This document shows, in pieces, positions 27,701-39,269 of a DNA stretch of 64,000 bases; position 1 is the stretch's first letter, and each line of letters opens with the position of its first letter. The translations under genes were made by a program, and so were the position numbers. Source of the DNA: Paragordius varius. Taxonomy: Eukaryota; Animalia; Nematomorpha. Where the stretch lies: NCBI GenBank assembly GCA_964247055.1, contig OZ176052.1, forward strand, positions 11,098,001-11,162,000, read 5' to 3'. The notes below the pieces were generated by a model. The model searched no databases and was not told where the DNA came from. It saw nothing but the letters and a program-made list of their open reading frames with translations.

Positions 27701-30700
27701 GTTTGGAAATTTTGGGGAAATGTATCAACAAAGATAAATTGCTTCCGGGTCAAACGCCAGAAAGTTTGTGTAACATCCTTTCACCCATAGATAATCATCA
27801 ACCCTGTATCCATGTGGCCGAATATATGAGTATAAATTTATTTGTTAATTGCCAATTCTTAGATTCCTCTGCATACATAAGGGCCGAAAAAGCTTTTAAT
27901 CCCGATTATAATTCACTTTCTCCGTCTTTGTCCAACAATTATTTCGATTTCTCACTGAGCCAAAATCAAATGCCTTTGGATGATGGGGATGAGATTAGAG
28001 ATAACTCTATATTACAAACCTTATACTCTCACATAACGTCTGCTGATAATACCAAAGACACTAATTTACAATTTCTCTTGAATAATTATCCGTTTGTCAA
28101 TCAACAATTTGGTTCCCCTAACTTTTTATACCAATCAAAAAGTGTGCATCAACAAGCTCATATTGTGTCTGAATCGTTGGGTTGGCCGCTAACAACTCCA
28201 AAATATAGTCATTTGCTAAGCGTATTTTGGGATGAAATTATGCAATCGAATGTGCAAGATGGACAGTGTCCTTCATCCAACGCGTAATAATATGTTATTA
28301 CAAATTTAAAAAGCAAATTTGGGTGTACAATTTTATTATATTTATTTATTACTGATAAAATAATTAAAATCCCATATATCTTAATTTGAGCTAAAACCTT
28401 CATTTATATACTAATACAAGTTTTCGATTGTCAAATCATTTATTTTTACACACATAATAATTTTTAGTGATTCATCTAAGATGTGTGGAAAAGATTTTGT
28501 GTGTGATCAGATGCAATCCAAGTTTCGCTGTGCCTCAAACAACATTATAGAAGACAAATCAACATTATCGTTCAATATTTTATCATTACCTTTTTCAAAA
28601 CAATGTATGCACTCAGTATCAATCAATAGGGAAATTAACCAGCCACACGACGCAAAAAAACAAAGCAACTCGTGTCATTATGGTTTATAAGTTATCTATC
28701 TATACACCATGCCCTTTAAAAACCTCATGCTAACTTTTTTCTAAGCAATAAAAAATTGGGGTATATATGGTAAAAAATATAAAAAAGATTATTGATAAGG
28801 GCGTACGAAATCGTGATTGATGTATACCTCGCTTTTAATTTGACATTAAATGCATATGATATATATATTTAACAGGTTGTACATTGGGCGAAGTATCGAC
28901 CTACATTGTTCCACATGGAACATTTGTACAATTACCAATACCTCATTCACATGGTAAAAGTTCCTCGTGTCACAGGTAATTTATTAACAAAATGCCTCTT
29001 TAAAATTTTGCACTTTTATTTTTTATCCACTATTTAGAGTTTGTAAATGTTCATCAACACTCAATCGCAAAAATGAATTGTTGCGATGTCATCAAATCCC
29101 CTGTGTGGGCATTAATCATTGTTGGGTCGATGAGAGCATTAAACGTAAAACAAATATATTATAACACTATGATTATTTATTTGTTTGGGAAATAGACTTT
29201 AATAGCTATTTAATATGAAAATCTCTTAAAATAAAAGATTTGTGTGCTTTTGGGATCCTATATCATTTTTTTGTAAAAGTTAACTGAAAATTAATGCTAT
29301 CTGAAATCGGAAAATTTTAGTTAGTTATTTGACAAAAAGTAAAGTTAAGAAAAATATATACCCATTCTCTATTTAATTATAGCCCATTTGTCGCAATTCG
29401 CTATGGGATGCAATTTTTGCGTGTGTTACAATGGCAAAGTCATTTGTACCAAAAGGTTATAAATGAATAATATATAATATAATTTGGCTTACATATTGAT
29501 TTCAAATAAGATTTAGCTTAATGTAGTAAAAAACTTAAAAAAAAAACTGAACGGAAACTTTAAACAAGTTTGTATTGCCCAAAAGCTTTATATACCTTAT
29601 AATCGATTGATTATAATAATTTCTTACTTAATAATCCATCTAAAACTCATTGCAAAATGATTTAAAATAATAGACCAATCCTGTATTTTAAAATTTAAGA
29701 GCTTTAAATCATAATCCAACAACTGTATTCTGTTCGATAATATGGGTAAACTTTCCAGAACACAACCGTTCATAATTTTTATCCTGTTTTGAGAATAGAG
29801 ATCTTAGGATTAATTTATATGGTATTTTTGCAACTTGGATTTTTTTGCAGAAGAGTTTATTTATTTCGACCATTAATCCAGTAAAATAAAATCGTATGGC
29901 ATTTTATACATTATTTTAATTATTTTAAAAACACTTTCTAAGATCAATTATATTTTAAACAAAGGTTTCACATGCCTTTAATTTATTCCAAAACGAATTC
30001 TCCTATATTATATATGTCGATATGAACCAGCTCCGCCCATTTAGATTGGGCTAATTTCAGCGAATTATTTTGTGAAAAGTTTTATTTATAACAGTTCTAA
30101 GTACTAGGAAATGGAATTTTTTTTAATTTATTGAAATTAGTTTGGAATGCGGTTTAGGTATTATATCTCCCATTTGTTTTAATATAGATATTGTCCATCA
30201 ATATTTTGGTCAGAAACACAAAAAAACGCCTATACTGGTTTACCTTGCAACTGTCCTATGCATTATATACCTGTTTGCGCTACAAATGGTAAAACATATG
30301 CCAGTGCTTGTTTAGCCAAGTATTTTAGAATTTCCGAAAATAAACAATATATATATTTTGTAATAAATTTCCAATTTGATTCAAATTATTAATACATATT
30401 TTAACACGCTGTAATAATATAGTTTTTAATTTCATTTCCTTCTTTTGGGCCCATGTTATCTTTGCGAAATATCTTATATTTAAAGGCTGCTTAGTCTTAT
30501 ATAATCTTGTCATTACTACTTTATTTTTTTAATTTTGTCAAGATGCGCGGGTTTCAACGAAGAATCATACGAATTTGGACCTTGTCCCAGTGCCGGTAGT
30601 GTTGAATTGGCTAGTGTGTGCCTTCCCTTAAATACTCAGGAGTTTTCTGGTAAAATTCAATTTTATTCAAATTTTAAAATAATTTCAATTTATGGATAAA

Positions 30701-33700
30701 ATTTAACCTCTAATATTGTCCAAAAATTATTTATTTATCTCTAAAGGAGACATCAAAAGCATTCGAACAATTGATGTTTGTGGAAATGGGTATATATTGA
30801 ACAATAATGGAAGTTTTTCTTCCGGACAAGGTCTTAAATTTTAATTTATATAAACAATACATTAATTTTATTATATATTACCATATTAAAAAAATTCAAA
30901 TTTTTACGCATTTTAAATTATTAAAAAATGTTTGATTATTTTTATATTACGATCGTTTCAAATGAGTTCAAATACTTTTTATGTTTATATGTAATTATTT
31001 ATACACGTGGATAGATCACAAAACACAGTGCATCCCCATTCGACGCATATGTCTTTCATCATCTAAAACTAATTTAAGGTATATGGCTTCTCGAAATAAG
31101 AAAGGATTTGAACTTTTTACCACCCTGCCAAATTTAGGCAATTTAGATCAGGATACAAAACTACATGATGGAATTATAAACACACCACATCAATCTAAAA
31201 TTGGTGAAAGCAATAAAAATTATAAGCAACATTCAGAAAAATCTGAGTTTTTGGGTTCAAGGGAACATGATCTTTATGAGCACTCTATACCCTTATCAAC
31301 GTGCCCGCAATATTTATGTGGTAAAATATATTTATTTCTTTTATTGTTGAAATCATGACATATTTTATTATTTGATAAAATATGTTTATTGTCATTCAGC
31401 ATTTTTAGATCCATTTTGGCGTTTAGAAACTATTTTTGATTTGCCGTAAAATAACGCAAATATTACAGATAAATTAAGAATGTGATGCGGTTATATCAAT
31501 ATAATAATAATCAAATTTTCATGCAAGAAAATTTTGGGTTTTACTGGGTAAAAATCTGTTAGTGTCGTATAAAAATGCTTCTCACTGATGTTATAAAAAT
31601 GGAACATAATTGGATAAAACTTAAATTTATGGGAAATAATGGCAATCTTTATTAAAGTTCAAATGTTTAATTGGAACAAAGGCTGTTATTAGGGTGGCTG
31701 CCACAATTAATTTTATTAATTAATTTAGTTTTTTGTTTGCATTTGTGGCACATTTTGATTCCATAAATTCTGCCGTTATAAATGGTCATGGCGGTAACTA
31801 TTTTTGACCAATAAAAGACTTAAACACCTAGTTTATAAATTTTTAACTTAGTTTATTTCACATCGTTATTTATCACGTCAAGTCAATAAAGATTTGGATT
31901 GTGATGACCCTGTGCATCATGGAGGTGAAATTTGTCAAACCTTTGGTGGTTCGGTCGGATTGTTGGCTAAAAGAAGTGAATCAGCCCATACCCTAAAAGC
32001 CATAAATGACATGTATATGAATAAACCTGCTGGTATTTTTTATTTTAATGTAAATTATTTATGCGTCTAAAATTCGCAGATAGTGCTTTTTGTTAATCGG
32101 TTTAATATCAGTTAATTAAATAAGGTTAAAAAATGTTAAAACTTAGGGCAACAATGTTTTTTAAATATAAACTGTTGGTGTGTTAGTATAAAATTTATGT
32201 AAATTTTCAATTTTCCTCTACTTAAACTTTAGTAATTTCTTTTCTTTGCATACAAATCAAATACAGAACAAAAATATGAGCCAAAATGTCTGAAACGAAT
32301 TAGTCCCTCTATGTTAGATACGATCAGTGAATTGATAGAACATATTGCTATGGATTCCTCTAACTCTGATAACAATTTTCCCATCACAAAGAGTAGTAAT
32401 AACCATAATAAAGAAGGTTTAACCATTTATGAAGTAAGGCGCCTTGCCGTAACGAAAGAAAACTTACAAAATATAATATTGTCCTCCGAAAATGATCCAT
32501 TTTCTCCAAACGTTTCTGTTTTATTTCCTGAATTGTTGGAAAAAATTGCTTTTTTTTCAAACACTCAGAACCCAAAAAGTGTTCTTATTAGCAATTATAA
32601 TTATTATTACATTGATATTACTGGGAAAATGCCAATATGTGGTTATGACGGTGAAACTTATATGGATGAATGTGAAGCCGCTTCATATGGAATACAAATG
32701 GATTATAGGGGTATTTGTTAAATTACTTGATTTAAGAAAATAAATTATTTTCATAATTGTTTTCTTTTCTTGCATTATTGTCTCGCAATCATTCCACGTT
32801 TTCCTTTTAAGCTTACATTAAAAAAATATTTACAATTAAATCAAAAAGACACTTTAACATAGTAGAAAAGGTGTATATATCAGAAGTTTCAAATTTAATT
32901 ACATTTCATATATATAAAATATATGATAAAATTTAGGCCCTTGTAGGACCATTGGCAGCAATGTGAGTCCATTAATTACAAACTCTCTTAACATACAAAC
33001 AAATATAGAGAACCCTTATCCAACTAAAGAAAATGTTGCCGTAAACCCATTTTTCGACAACCGCCAAAGTATATACCCTAAAAAACAATATTTTTTAAGT
33101 TTACTCAAAATAATTAACGTAAAATTAATCCGGAAACTCTTTTTATTTTATGTTATCTGTAACAATTACCCACTTATAAAAAATATTATAACCATATAAC
33201 TGTAAAGGAGCCGATTCAATGACTGGTGATTACATCAACAAAATATTTGATACTTTCGATTCTTTTGAATCTATCTGTCCGGAAAAAGATATTGAATGTT
33301 TGCATGAAGGTAAGAATTTGTTCACTTTTGCCGATAATACCATTCCTTCACATAACGTGGCAAAGTAATTACCTTTTTATTCATAATATTGTTTGTAAGT
33401 AATATGAATATTAGAATAATATACCATTTACAATTCAAATTCACCCTTAAACAATTCAAAATCAACTTCAAAATTATATGTTTTTTAAGATTAAAATTTA
33501 CCTATATTTTTATATGTTTCTGAAAAATAAAATTATGATTTTTTAAATAATATTAAAAAATAATAAACTATGCCATAAAGATATATTTCATATTAATAAT
33601 GAGTTATATTTCGAAAACACGTAATTTATTTTAGGATGAATTTGAATAGTTTAAGGGTGAATTTGAACTGTATAAGGTATTGTTTTTAAAGGAATAAAGT

Positions 33701-36700
33701 TTGGTATGGTAGCACAAGATATAGCGAGAAAAATATAAATGCGGATAAAAGGAAAAACAATTTTATCAAAATGACATGCATAGGACCGGTCCCTCCAGGA
33801 GCTTGCTGTCCCATGTGTGGTATGCTATAATTTTTAAATTAATTTTTAATGCATAAATAAACTCTTAAATAACTTTTATTGCGATCAATTATTATATCCA
33901 TAGCTATATATAAATATTGTGAATTATCCAATTAATTGGTAAAGATTTTCAATAATTAAAATTTTGGGTAAAATATAAATTTCATCCTTTTAATGTCTAC
34001 CAACGTCTAATACTTTAAATCATTTTTACAATTATTTTATCATATCTAAGCTCCTTAAAAGGCATCCAAGTTGGTTTTCTTAAATCCATTTATAATTTTT
34101 GATGCTTTCGGTTATATATAATATTCAAAAAACGTGTTTTTAATTTGGTTTTGGGTTGTAATCTACAATAGTATCTTCTCTTTTTGATTAACCACACTCA
34201 TGTAAAAATATAAAAACTTTAATACATAATATTTACGTGAAATGAATGAAATGAGAATCATTTTATCAAATTTTTTTACAAGTAATTTTATAAATATGTC
34301 TTTGTTCATAGGGGCTCAAATTCGAGTCTTATATAGCGTAGAAACTGCCAACATGATTGCATCTCATACTGAATACGGCGTTATAACTGTCGATCGGATA
34401 GTTTCGGCTTTGGGGAGACATTTACGAACCGGAAATATGTGTGCCCTGTCAGGTTATTTGAGTAGTGAACGAGATTTAATTTTACATTTAACGCCAGTCT
34501 TTGATGAAAGCATTTATACCTACATCGAAAAACGAATGGATGAATTTAAAAATAGACCACATAAAGATTCTGTTCCACCAACCTATCAATCAAGTATTAA
34601 TTAAAATTCTTTAAATGCTTATTAAAAAATTATTTTTCATTCTTAAAATGTTATTAGTGATTTACGTTGAGGAGCTAAATGAGATAATGCATACATATCT
34701 CTTTACATTAGATTTTATTATCTAATCTATAGGGGTATCTATGTATATATTCTTTGCCATTTACGATTTTTTTGACTTAGACTGATGTGAATTTAAGTCA
34801 GTAAGATAGTAAGAGGTAAGACAGAAAGATAGTAAGACGGTAAGACAGTAAGATAGTAAGACGGTAAGACAGTAAGATAGTAAGACAGTAAGCATAAGAC
34901 AGTAAGATATTTGTATAAAAAACATACATTCGTGATAAGTCTGCTAATAGGAGACTTATCAAAATTTTAAAGTATTATAACTTGAAAAATATTGCATCTT
35001 TTTGAATTCTGTAAACTGGAGGATTGAAAGTCAGGTATCCTTTACAAATAATATATAGGGTTGAGTGAAAATGCGTAATTCTTTCGACACGAAACTGAGT
35101 TTACTAAACACCTCCAAAAATTGTATCAATCTTAAAAAATATATAAAAATTCTTGGGTATTATAGAAGAAAATGGCATCTATACCATTGTTTCTTATTTG
35201 GTAAATATTTTTTTTATATTTTTACAGTTTTAACAATTTTTTTTTAAAAAAATTGTACTTCATGGTTCTGACAACAACAATCTAAATATAGCTAAATATT
35301 ATTATAATAAATTTGAATTTTGTATTCTAAAATCAGCTTTTAACCCGATAATAACCGTTTTCCCCTAAAATTTTACATGCAGAACGATATCAGATCCAGG
35401 GAAGTTTTGGTGGAATTACTTGAAAAGTAAATTATTAATAAATAATTAAAAATTTTTAGATCATCCCTTCCATATTTTCCAGACAATAAGTATATTTTTA
35501 TAATAATTATTTAGTCAGTTAACAAACGAATCGTCCTCAGTCGCTACGTATAATAATATACAGTAATACATATTGTGATGTTTAGATTACAGATAAGAAA
35601 AAAACAGGTACTTTAACTTACCAACGATATGTGGAAATTTTCTTGAGGTATTTAGCCGACCCAGGATTCCAATATGGGGTTTCCAATGATTTTGGGATAG
35701 AACGTAGCTACGCAACTAAAATTATTTCTTATGTTAGTTATTATTGTAGTAGGCTACGTTCTAAGTGGATAAGATTTCCCAAAAATCAATCGGAAATGGA
35801 ATCATCTCAGGCATTATGGGCGGAAAAATATAAAATTCCATGTATCGTTGATGCGATTGATTGCACGCACATTAAAATCAATAAACCCACCAAGGAATCG
35901 TTGAATTATCTTAATTGCATGTAAAATTTTAGGGGAAAACGGTTATTATCGGGTTAAAAGCTGATTTTAGAATACAAAATTCAAATTTATTATAATAATA
36001 TTTAGCTATATTTATTTTTGTTGTTGTCAGAACCATGAAGTACAATTTTTTTAAAAAAAATTGTTAAAACTGTAAAAATATAAAAAAAATATTTACCAAA
36101 TAAGAAACAATGGTATAGATGCCATTTTCATTTATAATACCCAAGAATTTTTATATATTTTTTAAGATTTATACAATTTTTGGAGGTGTTTAGTAAACTC
36201 AGTTTCGTGTCGAAAGAATTACGCATTTTCACTCAACCCTATATATTATTTGTAAAGGATACCTGACTTTCAATCCTCCAGTTTACAGAATTCAAAAAGA
36301 TGCAATATTTTTCAAGTTATAATACTTTGAAATTTTGATAAGTCTCCTATTAGCAGACTTATCACGAATGTATGTTTTTTATACAAATATCTTACTGTCT
36401 TATGCTTACTGTCTTACTATCTTACTGTCTTACCGTCTTACTATCTTACTGTCTTACCGTCTTACTATCTTTCTGTCTTACCGTCTTACTATCTTACTGA
36501 CTTAAATTCACATCAGTCTTAATCTTTAAACATTATTACAGACATATTTGGAGATTCTATACAACACGGTTCTAACAGCCACGAAAAAGATATGCCTCAT
36601 TTTCGCTTTGACAATGACAATCAGTATAGTGTGACAATTTTAAAACATAGCATTGTTGCCAAAGATTTGCCAGTTCAATGGAAGGAAGTTTTGGAATTGT

Positions 36701-37410
36701 TAAATCAAAATTCAAATTCCGCCAATAGAGGCAAAAAGCAAGATCTGTTTAAGGAAACATGGAAAAGTGCGTCAAAAAAGCAAGTTGGTAATTTAAAAGC
36801 TAAATGGGATGCCACTTCTCAAGAATACGTATATACAGACGGCTTATACGAGTTTTTAGAGCTTAACGGTAATACATTTTTGGGCAAATCATTGCCCCAA
36901 CAAGGATCTCTTGGTTATGGAAAGGCCGGGACTTTAGATTTTTTGCGCATGAACGTGGGAGAAATCAAGCAATCTTTCATGGCGCTTCACAGTTTGGATG
37001 CTAATGCGAATCCAAATACCCTGCTTAAACTTATTATGAACGAAAACAATGTTTCATCCTTATTAAATTTCGAATCGCAATTTCAACAGCAGAATAATAC
37101 TAGTAAATCAAATAGGAATGGCAAACAACAAAGACAAAACCTGATGACTATCCAAACAGTATTGCCTATTTCACGAATCCACGTAGAAATGTGCAATCGA
37201 GAAGCTAAACGCCTTGCCACACTCATTCAATCATATGATCCCACGCTCGTTTCAGAAATCCCGTTATCCATTTTGATTGGAGCAAGGGTCCAGACCTCTT
37301 ATTCTACGCTCCGTGTAATAAATAGTGGGACACAGTTTTATGTTGTGTCAACATTGTTTTATATACTGTACCATCTTGTAATCTATAAAATAATATATAA
37401 GGTGATTTAA
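18710..37410 (+). CDS. RECK: RECK (reversion-inducing cysteine-rich protein with Kazal motifs), 29 exons, ~1,760 aa, signal peptide and GPI-type hydrophobic tail
   Basis: Exons: 18710-18803, 19044-19102, 22027-22101, 22176-22209, 23734-23816, 23957-24038, 24263-24457, 24971-25101, 25204-25279, 25349-25550, 25992-26145, 26631-26727, 26982-27264, 27693-28283, 28468-28682, 28876-28975, 29038-29144, 29383-29455, 30188-30319, 30543-30649, 30747-30830, 31015-31320, 31892-32032, 32267-32710, 32937-33068, 33208-33309, 33784-33819, 34312-34593, 36542-37410 (5,286 nt, in frame). Five CC knots (PKCC..CQKACEQ; GWPCCNLAI; ICCSNA; KCCHES; AVKLQCCSKA), IACVLEIKPCH, TGLPCNCPMHYIPVCATNGKTYASACLAKC, ICGYDGETY, PPGACCPMCG, EMCNREAKRLATLI. 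A few internal boundaries are ambiguous. Confidence 0.93.
19562..20099. mobile_element. piggyBac-like MITE in RECK intron 2
   Basis: TTAACACTCC-ATTACCTTTTGGGGTA at left; TACCCCAAAAGGTAA, ~27-nt spacer, GAAGTGTTAA at right. TTAA at both ends. Confidence 0.75.
20730..21235. mobile_element. Partial copy of a second piggyBac-like MITE subtype, inverted relative to 51044-51597
   Basis: Long reverse-complement match to 51050-51570 (e.g. AAACAGGCCTGGGGTATCCAACTACCCCAATTTGAATCGAAGGAC). Ends are degenerate. Confidence 0.7.
24534..24733. mobile_element. Tc1/mariner-type hairpin MITE (TA|CAGT...ACTG|TA) in a RECK intron
   Basis: About 85-bp inverted arms (e.g. TATTGCCAAATAGTAAATACAACAAAGGG / CCCTTTGTTGTATTTACTATTTGGCAATA) around a short loop. 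TA duplication at 24534-35 and 24732-33. Confidence 0.8.
26246..26514. mobile_element. hAT-type MITE in a RECK intron
   Basis: Imperfect TIRs GCGGGGTGTCAAAC ... GTTTGACATCCCCA and internal GCGGCCCG/GCCCGCGA motifs typical of hAT MITEs. TSD is not clearly preserved. Confidence 0.6.
34801..34909 (+). repeat. Subterminal array of ~14 GTAAGA(C/T)(A/G) octamers, mirrored at about 36389-36497
   Basis: gtaagata gtaagag gtaagaca gaaagata gtaagacg gtaagaca ... read directly; the reverse complement lies in the right arm. Confidence 0.95.
35631..35915 (+). pseudogene. Harbinger/HARBI1-like DDE transposase fragment
   Basis: IFLRYLADPGFQYGVSNDFGIERS...WIRFP...IPCIVDAIDCTHIKINKP includes the first catalytic-Asp motif (IDCTH). 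Truncated by the right arm. Confidence 0.85.
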
Positions 37411-37819
37411 ACCGATAAATATGGCTTAAAATAATTCATAACAGCGTGACACGTGAAAAATATTATTTGAATATAATAACCATTACAGGGTGAAAATCAT
37501 ACATATGTACATATCCTAAATTATTAATATGATTTACAAATAAGATATACTAATATATATTAATATAAATGAATATTTAAGGAAATCAAATAAGTGACGC
37601 ACTGGAATACCCGTAATATTTTCTCATTTTTATTGCTCAATAGTGGTTATTAATATTAGATAATTGGATATTGATTTTAAATATATTTTAAATCTTTTTT
37701 TGTCATAAAATATGATATTCAGTCTTCCATATAAGCACAATTTATATAAAAAATCATTTGTGATATATGTGCATTTTTATATTGTAAGAATATCAATAAA
37801 TTATTATGTATATGTACGT

Positions 37820-38745
37820 TAAGATCTGTGATCTGGTATAGGAAAACCGGTAGACCCAATCAAATCCAAATATCGAAAAAATATAATCATTAATGAATGC
37901 CCCGACAATAGCTTCCTTTTTTTGAATAAGCTCCCAGTTCGGGCCCACCCCGTATAAAAAACGCGTTTTTTTTTAAAACAGAAGTCCACAAAATCGTGTC
38001 TTTGAGACAATTTTCCAGAGAACGTGTTGGACCATTCAATTTCAAATATGATTTTTGTTTACTTTTTTTTGATCGCGCAGAACATAGTCGTCTTACTTTT
38101 TTGATATAGGCCCTCTTTTTACCCGCTACCCCCGTAAAATGCCATTTTTTCTAAAAAAAACAAAGTCCACAAAAATAATATTTTAATTGTATTTTGCCCA
38201 AGGTATGAGACTGTAAAAATTCAATAAGGATTTTGCGTATTACCTGTTAAAAGGCAAAAATTTTAGTCAAGCGTTTCTTTGATGATAGCTGCTGAGTAAG
38301 GAGTATCTATCTATAAAAGGTTAAAAAATATATGGATAATGAAACATTATTTATGGTAATCTATATATTTATAAAAATGGAAAATGCTGGCTTTGTGATC
38401 TAGTACCGGAAAACTGGTGGACCCATTCAAATCCAAACATCAAAAAAATATAATCATGAATGAATGCCCCGACAATAGCTTCGCCCTTTTTTGAAATAGG
38501 CCCCCAGTTCGGGCCCATCCCTTGTGAAAAACGGGTTTTTTTGAAAACAAAGTCCCCAAAAATCGTGTCTTTGAGACAATTTTTTGGAGAACGTGTTGGA
38601 TCATTCAATTTCAAATATGATTTTTGTTTACTTATTTTCGATTGCGCCGAACATAGTCGTCTCGCTTTTTTAATATAGGCCCTCTTTTTACCCGCCCCCC
38701 CCCCCCCCCCGTAAAATGCCATTTTTTTCAAATTTTCCCCCAATT
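37820..38745. repeat. Two tandem copies (about 37820-38330 and 38360-38745) of an interspersed repeat also at 45220-45700 and 58040-58480
   Basis: Shared core TGTGATCT...GGAAAAC...GACAATAGCTTC...AAAATCGTGTCTTTGAGA...AACGTGTTGGA...TAAAATGCCATTTTT. Confidence 0.85.
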
Positions 38746-39269
38746 AAACAATATATTAGTATGAATGCACCGTTTTAAAATTCCTATAAAATCATATCTA
38801 TTAAATAATGTTTCGAAATAATCCACATATGTGGATCATTTTATTGTCCCTTATTTCAAATACCCCCCCCCCCCCTCCAGAAGTCAGAAGGACTTCCTCG
38901 GGCTGCGTAGCAGCACTAGATTTACGCTAGTATATATATATATATATATATAAAAGTAAATAATCGAATGTTATTTCCATGTTTTTGATTTAAACAAATT
39001 TTTTAAATAATTAATAATACTTTTAAACAAAAATTTCGGTAAAATATTATAAGAATTATATAATTACGTTTATCAAATTTTTAAATATTATTATTATAGA
39101 TAACCGTAATCAATCTGTTTAGTTAAATTATATAATTAACTAATATTAAATTTTTATAATTCTTGGTAACCTTTACAATTTGTTTTAATATAGGCCGGTC
39201 AATTGACCGGCTCATGACTTGGTCAGCACAACCCTAATGGTCAACATAATTTTGCTTTAGATTAATTTT

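Larger units (their letters stand above)
34780..36518. mobile_element. PIF/Harbinger-derived foldback element (1,739 bp) in the last RECK intron
   Basis: Near-identical inverted arms 34780-35381 and 35916-36518. TTA target duplication at 34777-79 and 36519-21. The 534-bp spacer carries a Harbinger transposase fragment. Confidence 0.93.

Noticed and set aside
34801-34909. Regular short repeats resembling a CRISPR array
   Set aside because: Head-to-tail octamers with no unique spacers, mirrored in the opposite TIR of a eukaryotic transposon; no cas genes.
36592-37410. Independent gene or Harbinger second (Myb/SANT) ORF
   Set aside because: Lies outside the TSD-bounded element, and its C-terminus matches the RECK end (CNREAKRLATLI...IPLS.LI) with a GPI-type tail.
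38369-38743. ORFs on the 38-kb and 58-kb repeats (also 38460-38678, 58118-58590)
   Set aside because: Open frames are not conserved between repeat copies and show no protein-family signal.
38695-38953. Poly-C runs and (TA)n as a G-quadruplex or regulatory element
   Set aside because: Simple homopolymer or microsatellite expansions, the first at a site that is short in the sister repeat copies.
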